This document shows positions 1-12,950 of a DNA stretch of 64,000 nt, in pieces. The stretch is from Macrostomum lignano (lineage: Eukaryota). The stretch spans positions 186,001-250,000 of the forward strand of contig NIVC01001373.1 in assembly GCA_002269645.1 (NCBI GenBank), in the 5' to 3' direction. The notes under the pieces are model-generated. The model made no database searches. It was not told where the DNA came from and worked only from the letters and a program-made list of their open reading frames with translations. Position 1 is the stretch's first letter; each line of letters begins with the position of its first letter. Position numbers and translations under genes: made by a program.

Positions 1-99
1 GAATTTGCCCCCCTCCTAATCGCCTTGCACTTCAGAGGAAGAGGCCGACAGACGGCAGGCTGGCATCTGTTGATTGACCGACCATGGCGGATTGAAACA

Positions 100-1360
100 A
101 AAATGAGAGAGAACATAGGTGAGAAGAAATATAGGGGAGAGGTGAGAGGGAGATAGGGGAGAGATGATAGGGAGATAGGGAAAGGTGAGAGGGAGATAGG
201 GGAGAGATGATAGGGAGAGAAGGGAGAGGTGAGAGGGAGATAGGGGAGAGGTGAGAGGGAGATAGGGAGGAGATGATATTGAGAGAAGGGAGAGGAGAGG
301 TGAGGGGGTGCTAGAGGAGAGGTGAAAGGGAGAGAAGGGAGAGATGAGAGGGAGAGAAGCGAGAGGTGAGAGGGAGAGAAGGGAGAGGTGAGAGGGAGAT
401 AGGGGAGAGATGATATTGAGAGAAGGGAGAGGTGAGAGGGAGATAGAATAAGGTGAGAGGGAGATAGGGGAGAGATGATAGGGAGATAGGGAAAGGTGAG
501 AGGGAGATAGGGGAGAGATGATAGGGAGAGAAGGGAGAGGTGAGAGGGAGATAGGGGAGAGGTGAGAGGGAGATAGGGGAGAGGTGAGATGGAGATAGGG
601 AGGAGATGATATTGAGAGAAAAGAGAGGAGAGGTGAGGGGGTGCTAGAGGAGAGGTGAAAGGGAGAGAAGGGAGAGGTGAGAGGGAGAGAAGGGAGAGGT
701 GAGAGGGAGATAGGGGAGAGGTGAGAGGGAGATAGGGGAGAGGTGAGATGGAGATAGGGAGGAGATGATATTGAGAGAAGGGAGAGGAGAGGTGAGGGGG
801 TGCTAGAGGAGAGGTGAAAGGGAGAGAAGGGAGAGGTGAGAGGGAGAGAAGCGAGAGGTGAGCGGGAGAGAAGGGAGAGGTGAGAGGGAGATAGGGGAGA
901 GATGATATTGAGAGAAGGGAGAGGTGAGAGGGAGATAGAATAAGGTGAGAGGGAGATAGGGGAGAGATGATAGGGAGAGAAGGGAGAGGTGAGAGGGAGA
1001 TAGGTGAGAGGTGAGAGGGAGAGAAGGGAGAGGTGAGAGGGAGATAGGGAAAGGTGAGAGGGAGATAGGGGAGAGATGATAGGGAGAGAAGGGAGAGGTG
1101 AGAGGGAGATAGGGGAGAGATGATAGGGAGATAGGGAAAGGTGAGAGGGAGATAGGGGAGAGATGATAGGGAGAGAAAGGAGAGGTGAGAGGGAGAGAAG
1201 GGAGAGGTGAGAGGGAGATAGGGAAAGGTGAGAGGGAGATAGGGGAGAGATGATAGGGAGAGAAAGGAGAGGTGAGAGGGAGATAGGGGAGAGATGATAT
1301 TGAGAGAAGGGAGAGGTGAGAGGGAGATAGGGTAAGGGGTGAGAGGGAGAGTAGGGAGAG
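100..1360. repeat. Degenerate GA-rich minisatellite
   Basis: Recurrent gagaggtgagagggagatagggga-type units. Confidence 0.9.
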
Positions 1361-2189
1361 CCGGAGCAGGAGTCCATCTGCTTGGTCAAAGCGATGGAAT
1401 CCGGTCGCGGCCACATTAAAATTGCAGCTTGTGCACTCCTGGCGACTGCTGTATACCCTGTGTGCTCAGGGGTCAGCGGGATGTGCTGCCGCCCTTGCGA
1501 TTTGCCACAGGCCTTTTGGCCTGGTCCACAGAGTTTTTTACTAGCTTCTGTTTCCCAATGCCATCCCGCCTCGCCAGGGAGACAAACGGGATTGGGAAGA
1601 AGTTTCCCAAACTTTGGCATCGCAACGGCCCTAATTCTCGCTTATGCTCGCCCCCCGCCCGGCCCCTACTTTCCCAGACTTTCCAGAACTTCTTGTCGGA
1701 GGCCCCGCGGTGCGCAGCAACGGCCCGCCCTCCCAATTAAGTCTCTGGGATATTATCCTGTCAGCGGGCAGGGCGCCGCGCCGCTGACAGAGGGGAAATG
1801 AAGAAAAAGCGAGGGGGAGATTGCGCGAGAGAGACTTGGGAGAGAGGGTGGGACGAGAAAAAAGCTAAGATGGGGCTTCTTCTGCGCGAGGCATGGAGGA
1901 CCGGACCGGGGGAATGCAGATGGTTTGTTCTGAGCCAGGAGAAGCAGAAGATTTGCCTGCTTCTGGCTGTGATCTATTGCTTCTGCCTTAAAGCAGGATG
2001 CGTAAGCAAAAAGAAGGGGGCAATTCGTTGCGGGAATCGCCGAGCTGGAGTGCCCACAAAAAAAACTTCAGGAAAATCACAGCTGATGAAGAAAACGGCG
2101 AGGCGCAGCTGCCGCCCCAATTAGTGCGACGTTGCGCTACCGGCTCGATTCAAAGTTCTCCAAGTTTTTCTTTTTTATACAGGCCAGTC

Positions 2190-3310
2190 TCTCCCCTCTC
2201 CCCTTGACTCTCCCCTATCTCCCTTGACTCTCTCCCCTATCTCCCTTGACTCTCTCCCCTGTCTCCCTTGACTCTCTCCCCTGTCTCCCTTGACTCTCTC
2301 CCCTGTCTCCCTTGACTCTCTCCCCTGTCTCCCTTGACTCTCTCCTGTCTCCCTTGACTCTCTCCTGTCTCCCTTGACTCTCTCCTGTCTCCCTTGACTC
2401 TCTCCCCTGTCTCCCTTGACTCTCTCCTGTCTCCCTTGACTCTCTCCCCTGTCTCCCTTGACTCTCTCCCCTATCTCCCTTGACTCTCTCCCCTATCTCC
2501 CTTGACTCTCTCCCCTGTCTCCCTTGACTCTCTCCCCTGTCTCCCTTGACTCTCTCCCCTGTCTCCCTTGACTCTCTCCCCTGTCTCCCTTGACTCTCTT
2601 CCCTGTCTCCCTTGACTCTCTCCTGTCTCCCTTGACTCTCTCCCCTGTCTCCCTTGACTCTCTCCCCTGTCTCCCTTGACTCTCTTCCCTGTCTCCCTTG
2701 ACTCTCTCCCCTGTCTCCCTTGACTCTCTCCCCTGTCTCCCTTGACTCTCTCCTGTCTCCCTTGACTCTCTCCCCTGTCTCCCTTGACTCTCTCCCCTGT
2801 CTCCTTTGACTCTCTCCTGTCTCCCTTGACTCTCTCCCCTGTCTCCCTTGACTCTCTCCCCTGTCTCCCTTGACTCTCTTCCCTGTCTCCCTTGACTCTC
2901 TCCTGTCTCCCTTGACTCTCTGCCCTGTCTCCCTTGACTCTCTCCCCTGTCTCCCTTGACTCTCTTCCCTGTCTCCCTTGACTCTCTCCTGTCTCCCTTG
3001 ACTCTCTGCCCTGTCTCCCTTGACTCTCTCCCCTGTCTCCCTTGACTCTCTCCCCTGTCTCCTTTGACTCTCTCCTGTCTCCCTTGACTCTCTCCTGTCT
3101 CCCTTGACTCTCTCCCCTGTCTCCCTTGACTCTCTCCCCTGTCTCCCTTGACTCTCTCCTGTCTCCCTTGACTCTCTCCCCTGTCTCCCTTGACTCTCTC
3201 CCCTGTCTCCTTTGACTCTCTCCTGTCTCCCTTGACTCTCTCCTGTCTCCCTTGACTCTCTCCCCTGTCTCCCTTGACTCTCTCCCCTGTCTCCCTTGAC
3301 TCTCTCCCCT
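2190..3310. repeat. 20-23 bp minisatellite
   Basis: Unit ctcccttgactctctcccctgt. Confidence 0.95.
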
Positions 3311-4204
3311 ATATCATTTGCCTCTCCCCGATTGCTCTCTCCCTCTCACCTATCATAACTTCTCATTTCTACCCTAATACCCCTTTTTCCTCACCTGTTC
3401 CCCTTGTTCTACTAGTTGTAAAATATTTCTGTAAGATTCTTCGCCCAAAATCCGACCCAATGGACAAACAGAAGCGCCCCTTTCATCAAGTACGCATCCA
3501 ATTTACCTGCAGCACTTCATCGAAGCGGTTTATCGAACTTAATTTTGCGGACTCATATAAACAAAGCCCAAAAGCTAGTTATTAATTAAACTGGTCCCGA
3601 TGGCTACAAGCTGGCTCGCTGTATTTGAGTTTCCTGGCGCACAATTTTTTCCCAACGCGTCTGCGGCAAAACCGTGCGGCTATTGCAGACAGGGGAACAG
3701 AAGGGCGGGGATCAGCGGGAGGAGGAGCACGGACGGCCTCGGATCGCCGCCAGTCAGATAAGGAGGGATTCTAAGGAAGGGCTGGCGGCAGACGGATTGC
3801 GATAAGGCGGATGTGGAACCGCAGCGCAGCACCGGTTCAGCGATGCCGTTGCCTAGGAAACCGCAGACAGACCGGGCCTCGGTCCGGCCTCTGTTATTGT
3901 TGCCAGGAGAAATTTCGCACTAAGAATGTTCCCCACTCCTCTGGCTGTAGGATTTCTCTGCTTTTTGTTCGGGCAGAACTGGACGGCCGTCAGTCGAAGC
4001 TTAACTCGCACTATCAAGATTCCGCATTGATCAAATGGCTGAACAGCGAGCATAGAGCGCTCTGTTATCTATTAGTCACATTATGGATGATGCCCGCGCA
4101 TTGCACTGCTGTGTTCGCCCCAGCTGTGACTTGCGACTGCTGTCTGCACTGGCCGCACATTTTTCATGGGCATGCGGAAGCAGGAAAATTCTTGTCTTCC
4201 CTGT

Positions 4205-5940
4205 CTTTCCTTCTCCCTGCTTCTCTGCCTCCCTCTCTGCCTCCCTTCATCCTTATCTGCCTTCCTCTCTACCTCCCTCCATCCTTCTCTGCCTCCCTCT
4301 CTGCCTCCCTCTCTCCTTCTCTGCCTCCCTCCATCCTTCTCTGCCTCCCTCTCTTCTTCTCTGCCTCCCTCTCTCCTTCTCTGCCTCCCTCTCTTCTTCT
4401 CTGCCTCCCTCCATCCTTCTCTGCCTCCCTCTCTGCCTCCCTCTCTCCTTCTCTGCCTCCCTCTCTCCTTCTCTGCCTCCCTCCATCCTTCTCTGCCTCC
4501 CTCTCTCCTTCTCTGCCTCCCTCTCTCCTTCTCTGCCTCCCTCTCTTCTTCTCTGCCTCCCTCCATCATTCTCTGCCTCCCTCCATCCTTCTCTGCCTCC
4601 CTCTCTCCTTCTCTGCCTCCCTCTCTCCTTCTCTGCCTCCCTCTCTTCTTCTCTGCCTCCCTCCATCATTCTCTGCCTCCCTCTCTCCTTCTCTGCCTCC
4701 CTCCATCCTTCTCTGCCTCCCTCTCTCCTTCTCTGCCTCCCTCTCTCCTTCTCTGCCTCCCTCTCTTCTTCTCTGCCTCCCTCCATCATTCTCTGCCTCC
4801 CTCCATCCTTCTCTGCCTCCCTCTCTCCTTCCCTGCCTCCCTCCATCCTTCTCTGCCGCCCTCTCTTCTTCTCTGCCTCCCTCTCTTCTTCTCTGCCTCC
4901 CTCTCTTCTTCTCTGCCTCCCTCTCTTCTTCTCTGCCTCCCTCTCTTCTTCTCTGCCTCCCTCTCTCCTTCTCTGCCTCCCTCTCTTCTTCTCTGCCTCC
5001 CTCTCTCCTTCTCTGCCTCCCTCTCTTCTTCTCTGCCTCCCTCTCTTCTTCTCTGCCTCCCTCTCTTCTTCTCTGCCTTCCTCTCTCCTTCTCTGCCTCC
5101 CTCTCTCCTTCTCTGCCTCCCTCTCTCCTTCTCTGCCTTCCTCTCTCCTTCTCTGCCTCCCTCTCTCCTTCTCTGCCTCCCTCTCTTCTTCTCTGCCTCC
5201 CTCTCTCCTTCTCTGCCTTCCTCTCTTCTTCTCTGCCTTCCTCTCTCCTTCTCTGCCTCCCTCTCTCCTTCTCTGCCTCCCTCTCTCCTTCTCTGCCTTC
5301 CTCTCTCCTTCTCTGCCTCCCTCTCTCCTTCTCTGCCTCCCTCTCTTCTTCTCTGCCTCCCTCTCTCCTTCTCTGCCTCCCTCTCTTCTTCTCTGCCTCC
5401 CTCTCTTCTTCTCTGCCTCCCTCTCTCCTTCTCTGCCTCCCTCTCTTCTTCTCTGCCTCCCTCTCTCCTTCTCTGCCTCCCTCTCTTCTTCTCTGCCTCC
5501 CTCTCTTCTTCTCTGCCTCCCTCTCTTCTTCTCTGCCTTCCTCTCTCCTTCTCTGCCTCCCTCTCTCCTTCTCTGCCTCCCTCTCTCCTTCTCTGCCTTC
5601 CTCTCTCCTTCTCTGCCTCCCTCTCTCCTTCTCTGCCTCCCTCTCTTCTTCTCTGCCTTCCTCTCTCCTTCTCTGCCTTCCTCTCTCCTTCTCTGCCTCC
5701 CTCTCTCCTTCTCTGCCTCCCTCTCTTCTTCTCTGCCTCCCTCTCTCCTTCTCTGCCTTCCTCTCTTCTTCTCTGCCTTCCTCTCTCCTTCTCTGCCTCC
5801 CTCTCTCCTTCTCTGCCTCCCTCTCTCCTTTTCTGCCTCCCTCTCTCCTTCTCTGCCTCCCTCTCTCCTTCTCTGCCTTCCTCTCTCCTTCTCTGCCTCC
5901 CTCTCTCCTTCCCTGCCTCCCTCCATCCTTCTCTGCATCC
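4205..5940. repeat. 20-bp CT-rich minisatellite
   Basis: Unit cttctctgcctccctctctc; source of the 560-730 aa pseudo-ORFs. Confidence 0.95.
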
Positions 5941-6626
5941 CTCTTTCCTTATCTTCTTCCCACTCTCTTTTATTTCCTCTATGTCTCCTCTAACTCTTTC
6001 TCTCTTTCTTAATTTTCCCTTAAATTAAAATTTCCCTTACTCTTTCTCTCTTTCTTAATTTTCCCACTTCTTCCTCCCTCGGTCTCCGTTCTAGCTCTGC
6101 CCTCTCTTCTCTCTCCCCCTTTCTCTCTTTCCTCTCTCTTTTTTCTTTTCTCCTTCCTCAACTTCGAATTTTAACTTTAATGCAGCTTTTACGAGCGTAG
6201 TCTCTTGTAATTCTTGGAAAAACCTATAAAATTGTTACGAAGCGCCACCCATGAGTACTACAGATTTTTTTCTTCTTTCATTCCTTAATCTCTGTCCATA
6301 CATCTATTTCAACTGTTCAATTGGATGGATTATAAATCAATGGGAGACGCCCTAACCCCCCCTCTTACACATCGCTGCTCAGAGATTGATTAAACACGAG
6401 CAGCCGAGCTCAAGACAAGAGGAACCAACAGCACTGCGAACTGATGGTCCAAGCAGAAATCCAAGTAGCAAAATGAACGCGCCCGACAGGACTGCATGCA
6501 CTTTGGCTGTCCCCGATTGGCTGTCCCCGCATCCACCATACACCGGCAAGCCTCTGGCCAGCTGGCAGAGCACATATGACTGAAGACTGAGCTGGAGGGC
6601 TGGGCATTGTACACCAGCAGTCGGCA

Positions 6627-6857
6627 ATGATTTTCACACCTGTGCCGTACCAGGCCGATCCCGCCGATTACCAGTTGGATGCGGACGCGCTGCCGCCGCA
6701 GCATCAGCAGCAGCTGCCGCAGTACACGGCTGGCAGCCAGTACACCCGGTACAGATCGCCCACCGTCTTCGGCACCGTGGCGGCAGTCGGCTTCTTCGGC
6801 ATGTCGGTGGGGTTCACGCTAATCATCTGCTCCTTCATTGTCTACAGCTCATCGTGA
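6627..6857 (+). CDS. Small Pro/Tyr/Gln-rich protein with C-terminal transmembrane helix (76 aa), unknown family
   Basis: The ORF has strongly G/C-ending codons like the verified exons and a hydrophobic segment VFGTVAAVGFFGMSVGFTLIICSFIVY at the C-terminus. An in-frame stop lies upstream at 6588-6590. Confidence 0.6.
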   Translation: MIFTPVPYQADPADYQLDADALPPQHQQQLPQYTAGSQYTRYRSPTVFGTVAAVGFFGMSVGFTLIICSFIVYSSS

Positions 6858-6914
6858 GGCTGCTGGGGCTGCTGATTCATGGGACCCGCGGGGCCTTGAT
6901 TGATAGGGGGTCCC

Positions 6915-8175
6915 ACTCTCTCCCTCTCGCTGTCGTCCTCTCACTGCCTCCCTCTCACTGCCTCCCTCTTCACTGTCTCCCTCTTCACTATCTCCCGCTC
7001 AGTGTCTTCCTCTAAGTGTCTCCCTCTCACTGTCTCCGTCTCACTGTCTCCCCTCGCTGTCTCCCTCTCACTGTCTCCCTCTCACTGTCTCCCTCTCACT
7101 GTCTCCGTCTCACTGTCTCCCCTCGCTGTCTCCCTCTCACTATCTCCCTCTCACTGTCTCCCTCTCACTGTCTCCCTCTCACTGTCTCCCCTCGCTGTCT
7201 CCCTCTCACTGTCTCCCCTCGCTGTCTCCCTCTCACTGTCTCCCTCTCACTGTCTCCCTCTCACTGACTCCCTCTCACTGTCTCCCTCTCACTGACTCCC
7301 TCTCACTGTCTCCCTCTCACTGTCTCCCTCTCACTGACTCCCTCTCACTGTCTCCCTCTCACTGTCTCCCTCTCACTGTCTCCCTCTCACTGTCTCCCGC
7401 TCAGTGTCTCCCTCTCACTGTCTCCCTCTCACTGTCTCCCTCTCACTGTCTCCCGCTCAGTGTCTCCCTCTAAGTGTCTCCCTCTAAGTGTCTCCCTCTC
7501 AGTCTCTCCCTCTCAGTCTCTCCCTCTCAGTCTCTCCCTCTCAGTCCCTCCCTCTAAGTTTCTCCCTCTCACTGTCTCCGTCTCACTTTCTCTCTCTCAC
7601 TGTTTCCCCTAACTGTATCCCTCTCACTGTCTCCCGCTCAGTGTCTCCCTCTAAGTGTCTCCCTCTAAGTGTCTCCCTCTAAGTGTCTCCCTCTCAGTCT
7701 CTCCCTCTAAGTTTCTCCCTCTCACTGTCTCCCTCTCACTGTTTCCCCTCACTGTCTCTCTCTCTCACTGTCTCTCTCTCATTGTCTCCCCTCACTGTCT
7801 CCATCTCACTGTCTCCCTCTCACTGTCTCCCTCTCACTGTTTCCCCTCACTGTCTCTCTCTCACTGTCTCTCTCTCATTGTCTCCCCTCACTGTCTCCAT
7901 CTCACTGTCTCCCTCTCACTGTCTCCCTCTCACTGTTTCCCCTCACTGTCTCTCTCTCACTGTCTCTCTCTCATTGTCTCCCCTCACTGTCTCCATCTCA
8001 CTGTCTCCCTCTCACTGTCTCCCTCTCACTATATCTCCCTCTCACTGTCTCCCTCTCACTGTCTCCCTCTCACTGTCTCCCTCTCACTATCTCTCTCTCA
8101 CTGTCTCTCTCTCTCACTGTCTCCCTCTCACTATCTCCCTCTCACTGTCTCTCTCTCTCACTGTCTCCCTCTCAC
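6915..8175. repeat. ~14-bp minisatellite
   Basis: Unit ctcactgtctccct with variants. Confidence 0.95.
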
Positions 8176-8774
8176 CATCTATTGGAGCCTACTGAGAAAA
8201 GCGACAGCAGAGCCCCAGAGCCCAATTTAATCCTGAAACGGGCGGCGCTGTCCCGCGGTCCCCAGCCGTGGCTCGCATTGCGTGACGGCGTCAATTGAGT
8301 GCAGAGGCGCAAATCGCGCGAACAGAAAAATCTGCAGCGGAAGCAGCGGATCCGCGGGTTTCCTGTGGCGCGAATTTAAATCGACGCGCGTATGATGAGG
8401 GAGGAACTCGCTGCAGCCTGGGGCCTGGGAGGCTGGGGGACTTGCTGGAGAACAAAATCCGAAATTTGCTAGCCCGCCGTGCCAGGAAAAAGCTCGATTA
8501 AAAGCAAGCAAAATCGAGCTCTTCAGCTGACGACACTCAACTGCCTGCTGACGCACCTGGGCGCATGACTTCCTTGCCGTGCGCTCCACATCCTGCCTGC
8601 TTTCCGCTCATTTGTCTGGCCTCCCCATCCCACACCTGCGTGTTGTCACGCTCCCACACTGCGGAGACTTAGTCATGGGAGAAAATGGAAACCAATTTAA
8701 TTGCTGCAGAGTCAGAATCCAAATCTAGTGTATGATATTTTACGAGTACGAGCGTATATACATATTTTATATTC

Positions 8775-9560
8775 ATATTTAATATTCATATTTCATATTT
8801 CATATTTCATATTCATGTTTCATATTTCATATTCATGTTTCATATTTCATATTCATGTTTCATATTTCATATTCATGTTTCATATTTCATATTCATTTTT
8901 CATATTTCTATATTTCATTATTTTATATTCATGTGCAAAGTGAAAGTCCTACAGGACAAACCACACCCTACTCCATGCACAAACACAACAGGACCAACCC
9001 CCACCCCACTCCATGCACAAACACAACAGGACCAACCCCACCCCACTCCATGCACAAACACAACAGGACCAACCCCACCCCACTCCATGCACAAGCAACA
9101 CATGACCAACCCCACCCCACTCCATGCACAGCCTTACAGGACCAACCCCACCCCACTCCATGCACAAGCAACACAGGACCAACCCCACCCCACTCCATGC
9201 ACAAACACAACAGGACCAACCCCACCCCACTCCATGCACAAACACAACAGGACCAACCCCACCCCACTCCATGCACAAGCAACACATGACCAACCCCACC
9301 CCACTCCATGCACAAACACAACAGGACCAACCCCACCCCACTCCATGCACAAGCAACACAGGACCAACCCCACCCCACTCCATGCACAAGCAACACAGGA
9401 CCAACCCCACCCCACTCCATGCAAGCCTTACAGGACCAACCCCACCCACTCCATGCACAAGCAACACAGGACCAACCCCACCCCACTCCATGCAAGCCTT
9501 ACAGGACCAACCCCACCCACTCCATGCACAAGCCTCACTGGACCAACCTCCACCCCACCT
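8775..9560. repeat. Two adjacent arrays: AT-rich ~20-bp (8775-8930) and ~39-bp (8950-9560)
   Basis: Units catatttcatattcatgttt and cacaggaccaaccccaccccactccatgcacaaacacaa. Confidence 0.9.
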
Positions 9561-10064
9561 CCTGAAAAGAAATTATCAATGTATAAACAGTAATTATGTA
9601 TACTCATATTCTATCGAATTCCAAAAGCTTTATAGACCAGGAAAATTTTGTTTATTTTCCTCGAGAATCCCTGACAAAAACGGGGCTGGTCACTGGGCTA
9701 ATCCTGGCTGGATGAAGTCAGTCAGAATTCTGCCCAACAAATTGAGAGCGCACTGGAGCAGTCTATACACAGAGAAATTCAATTTCATCTCAAGATGTAC
9801 TGCGCGGCTTGGATGGACAAAATTTGTCTTGGTCGGAGAGGAGGGCGAATATGCAAATTTGAGTCCAGTCCCACAGCTAGCCTCTCCACAGCATAAAATG
9901 CTTAGTAAATGACCAGAAAAGGGTTTGAGGGCAGCTGCATTCCATAGTCTGACAGCATTTTAACATATACGTGTATGAAGATAGAAAACTGATGCAGGCC
10001 GGAGAAGGAAAAGAGATTTAGAGACATCGTGAGCCATTTAGGGGATGGGAAGTAGAGAGAGGTG

Positions 10065-10665
10065 ATGGGAATCAGACAGGGAGGGGATGGGAGGCAGACA
10101 GGGAGTGGATGGGAATCAGACAGGGAGTGGATGGGAGGCAGACAGGGAGTGGATGGGAGGCAGACAGGGAGTGGATGGGAGGCAGACAGGGAGTGGATGG
10201 GAGGCAGACAGGGAGTGGATGGGAGGCAGACAGGGAGTGGATGGGAGGCAGACAGGGAGTGGATGGGAGGCAGACAGGGAGTGGATGGGAGGCAGACAGG
10301 GAGTGGATGGGAGGCAGACAGGGAGGGGATGGGAGGCAGACAGGGAGGGGATGAGAGGCAGACAGGGAGGGGATGAGAGGCAGACAGGGAGGGGATGAGA
10401 GGCAGACAGAGGGAGGGGATGGGAGGCAGACAGGGAGTGGATGAGAGGCAGACAGGGAGGGGATGAGAGGCAGACAGGGAGGGGATGAGAGGCAGACAGA
10501 GGGAGGGGATGGGGGGCAGACAGGGAATGGATGGGAGGCAGACAGGGAGGGGATGGGAGGCAGACAGGGAGGGGATGAGAGGCAGACAGGGAGGGGATGA
10601 GAGGCAGACAGAGGGAGGGGATGGGGGGCAGACAGTGAGGGGATGGGAGGCAGACAGGGAGGGGA
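10065..10665. repeat. 22-bp G-rich minisatellite
   Basis: Unit gggaggcagacagggagtggat. Confidence 0.95.
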
Positions 10666-10880
10666 TAGAAAATATGAATAAGAGAGAAAGGGCTGAAAGG
10701 GAAAGAGGGTTAAGCTGAGAGAAGAGGTGAGATTAGTAGAGGGATTAAGAGAGATGTGAGTAGGGTGTGAGCAGCAAATTCTCTGTTTTTCGTCTTTTTT
10801 AAAACCCCCGTCACCCAAAGCTACTCAACGCTAGAAAAAAGATGCTAGAAATGAAAAAGCCAACATTTCCCATTATACAG

Positions 10881-11313
10881 TCGAGTCTGGGGCAGCACCC
10901 TGGGCCGCGGCGGTCTGCTGCTGCTGATTGCCGGGAGCGGACTGCTCACAGCTGCCGCTCTGCATCACTTCTGCAAGGAACCGGCTAGAAGGCAGGTGAG
11001 GAGAGCATAGCTCAGTACTATAACTAATGATAATCATATTCAAAACCCTGAATGATCAGATCGAGCCTTCTCAATCCTACAGCTCCTTGACCGTCTTGTA
11101 CGCATTGGCTCCTCCATCAAGTTGTGCTGCCGGGGCCTCAGGGGCAGCTGCTGCCCTGCCGGCATCGCTCATCTCGTCGCCTCGAACGGCGGCGCCAGCG
11201 GCGGCGGCAAATCGGCCACGGGCGCGGCGGCTGCAGCCGCCCTTCGCCTGCGCACCCGGGCAGAGAGCACCGAGCTGCTCATGGAGTGCCGGAACCCGCC
11301 CACGCCTGTCTGA
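10881..11313 (+). CDS. Last two exons of an uncharacterised membrane protein (TM helix + cytoplasmic tail ending PPTPV)
   Basis: ttatacag|10881-10995|gtgagg encodes RVWGSTLGRGGLLLLIAGSGLLTAAALHHFCKEPARRQ. cctacag|11081-11313 encodes LLDRLVRIGSSIKLCC...STELLMECRNPPTPV*. The junction is phase 0 and in frame. Upstream exons were not found. Confidence 0.6.
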
Positions 11314-11454
11314 CCCCAACTGACCTCACCAGAGAGCACCGAGCTGCTCATGGAGTGCCGGAACCCGCCCACGCCTGTCTGACCCCAACTGACCTCACCA
11401 GAGAGCACCGAGCTGCTCATGGAGTGCCGGAACCCGCCCACGCCTGTCTGACCC
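11263..11454 (+). repeat. 69-bp triplication spanning a stop codon
   Basis: Copies start at 11263, 11332 and 11401; the third is truncated. Confidence 0.95.
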
Positions 11455-12264
11455 AACTTTCCAGTAAGCATGTAATGAGTCGACCTTGCCATAATCGTAA
11501 CGCATTGATACAGACTTAAACCGCGCTTTAAAGTATGAATTCTGAGAGCACTGAGCGGACTGATCAGTACTATTAGTAGTATGAAATAAATAAAAAAGAG
11601 AAAAACTGACGCAATAATTTTGTTATTATCTGAATGAGTAAATTCTCAGTTAACAAATTTGCTATGAATATTAGCGAAAACGGATTTAACGATTTATTAA
11701 TTTAAAAAAACGAGCCTATATAAGTACTTTGAAAAATAACAAAAATACCAAAAATGGGGACAGAAGGGACAGCTGGACTCATTGCACATTGCATTGGGAA
11801 ATATAATAATACCAAGCTAATTAAATTCACTGAATTAGCGAGATTAGACTGAGACTCGGGGGAAATTAGATCAATAAAGTACAATCAATCAATCACTTAT
11901 CACCAAACAGGCAGTCTCCGGGATCGAAGGGTGCCAATAGCGGAGTCTCTCAATAATTCGAAACAGATAAGCAATTATAACAGTCGGAGATAAATAGTTT
12001 TTTAACACAAGGTAAACCAGAGAGTTTTCAGTTATAGGATTATAAATGTGACTACAATATGAAGCCTCTGGCGACAGAGGAACATCTCTATGCGTGTAGG
12101 CAGTAGGAAAAGAAACATTGATAACAGTCAGGAAAATACAACAAAAACTTTAATAATAATGCGATAGCAACTAGAATAGCTTTATTGCCGCTTATCTGAT
12201 GACTTAGTAAAGCGATAACGGGCAGTGATTGCGCAATGGGCAGCTTGAAAACATATGAAGGAAT

Positions 12265-12490
12265 GAGTAGGGGTCAAGTAGGGCTTGAGTAGGGGTTAAG
12301 TAGGGGCTGAGTAGAGGTTGAGTAGGGGCTGAGTAAGGGCTGAGTAGGGGCTGAGTAGGGGCTGAGTAGGGGTTGAGTAAGGGCTGAGTAGGGGCTGAGT
12401 AGAGGTTGAGTCGGGGTTGAGTAGCTAGGGTTGAGTAGCTAGGGTTTGAGTAGGGGCTGAGTAGGGGCTGAGTAGGGGCTGAGTAGGGGC
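12265..12490. repeat. 11-bp minisatellite
   Basis: Unit gagtaggggct. Confidence 0.9.
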
Positions 12491-12950
12491 AGAGCAGGAG
12501 GCCCATATTCGTGACTAGCACAGTTCAAAAGCAGAGTTTCTAGAATTCTTTGGATAATAGCAGATAAAGTTGAAAAGCCAAAAAAAGGTAAATAAAAAAC
12601 TAAACAAAAAAAGAAAAGGTGTGAGATGCGCCGGGAAAGCTTAGCAGTGCGAGGACAATAATGTGTGATAGCGTCATGCAAAATCAATGATCAAAAAGCC
12701 TCTCTGATAAATATTTAAAACCCCAACCAGACAGAGCAGATGTGAGACAGACAGGCTGAGGCTGAGAAACAGTAGAGTCTCAATAACTGTGAGACATTAG
12801 TTACAACTTACAACCTGGTTTATACATTGAAAAAAAGCCTATTGAATTTTATTGCGAGCCTGTGCCGCGATTAACTCACAGCAGTCAGTCAGAACAGTAA
12901 GAGATTTGGAAAATCAGGTAGCCAGAGACTTACATGGGGGAGGAGGGTTC

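Noticed and set aside
1382-1801. Signal-peptide-like start MESGRGHIKIAACALLATAVYPVCSG
   Set aside because: Only a weak donor follows and no downstream exon could be linked; kept out of the features for lack of support.
3811-6028. ORFs of 560-733 aa on both strands ([10 protein letters not shown] / [10 protein letters not shown] repeats)
   Set aside because: They are translations of a 20-bp CT minisatellite that lacks stop codons; no coding evidence.
11077-11492. Minus-strand ORFs proposed as an extra calcineurin terminal exon
   Set aside because: Calcineurin already ends at TGA 13087-13089, and the plus-strand reading has matching splice sites and a better protein signature.
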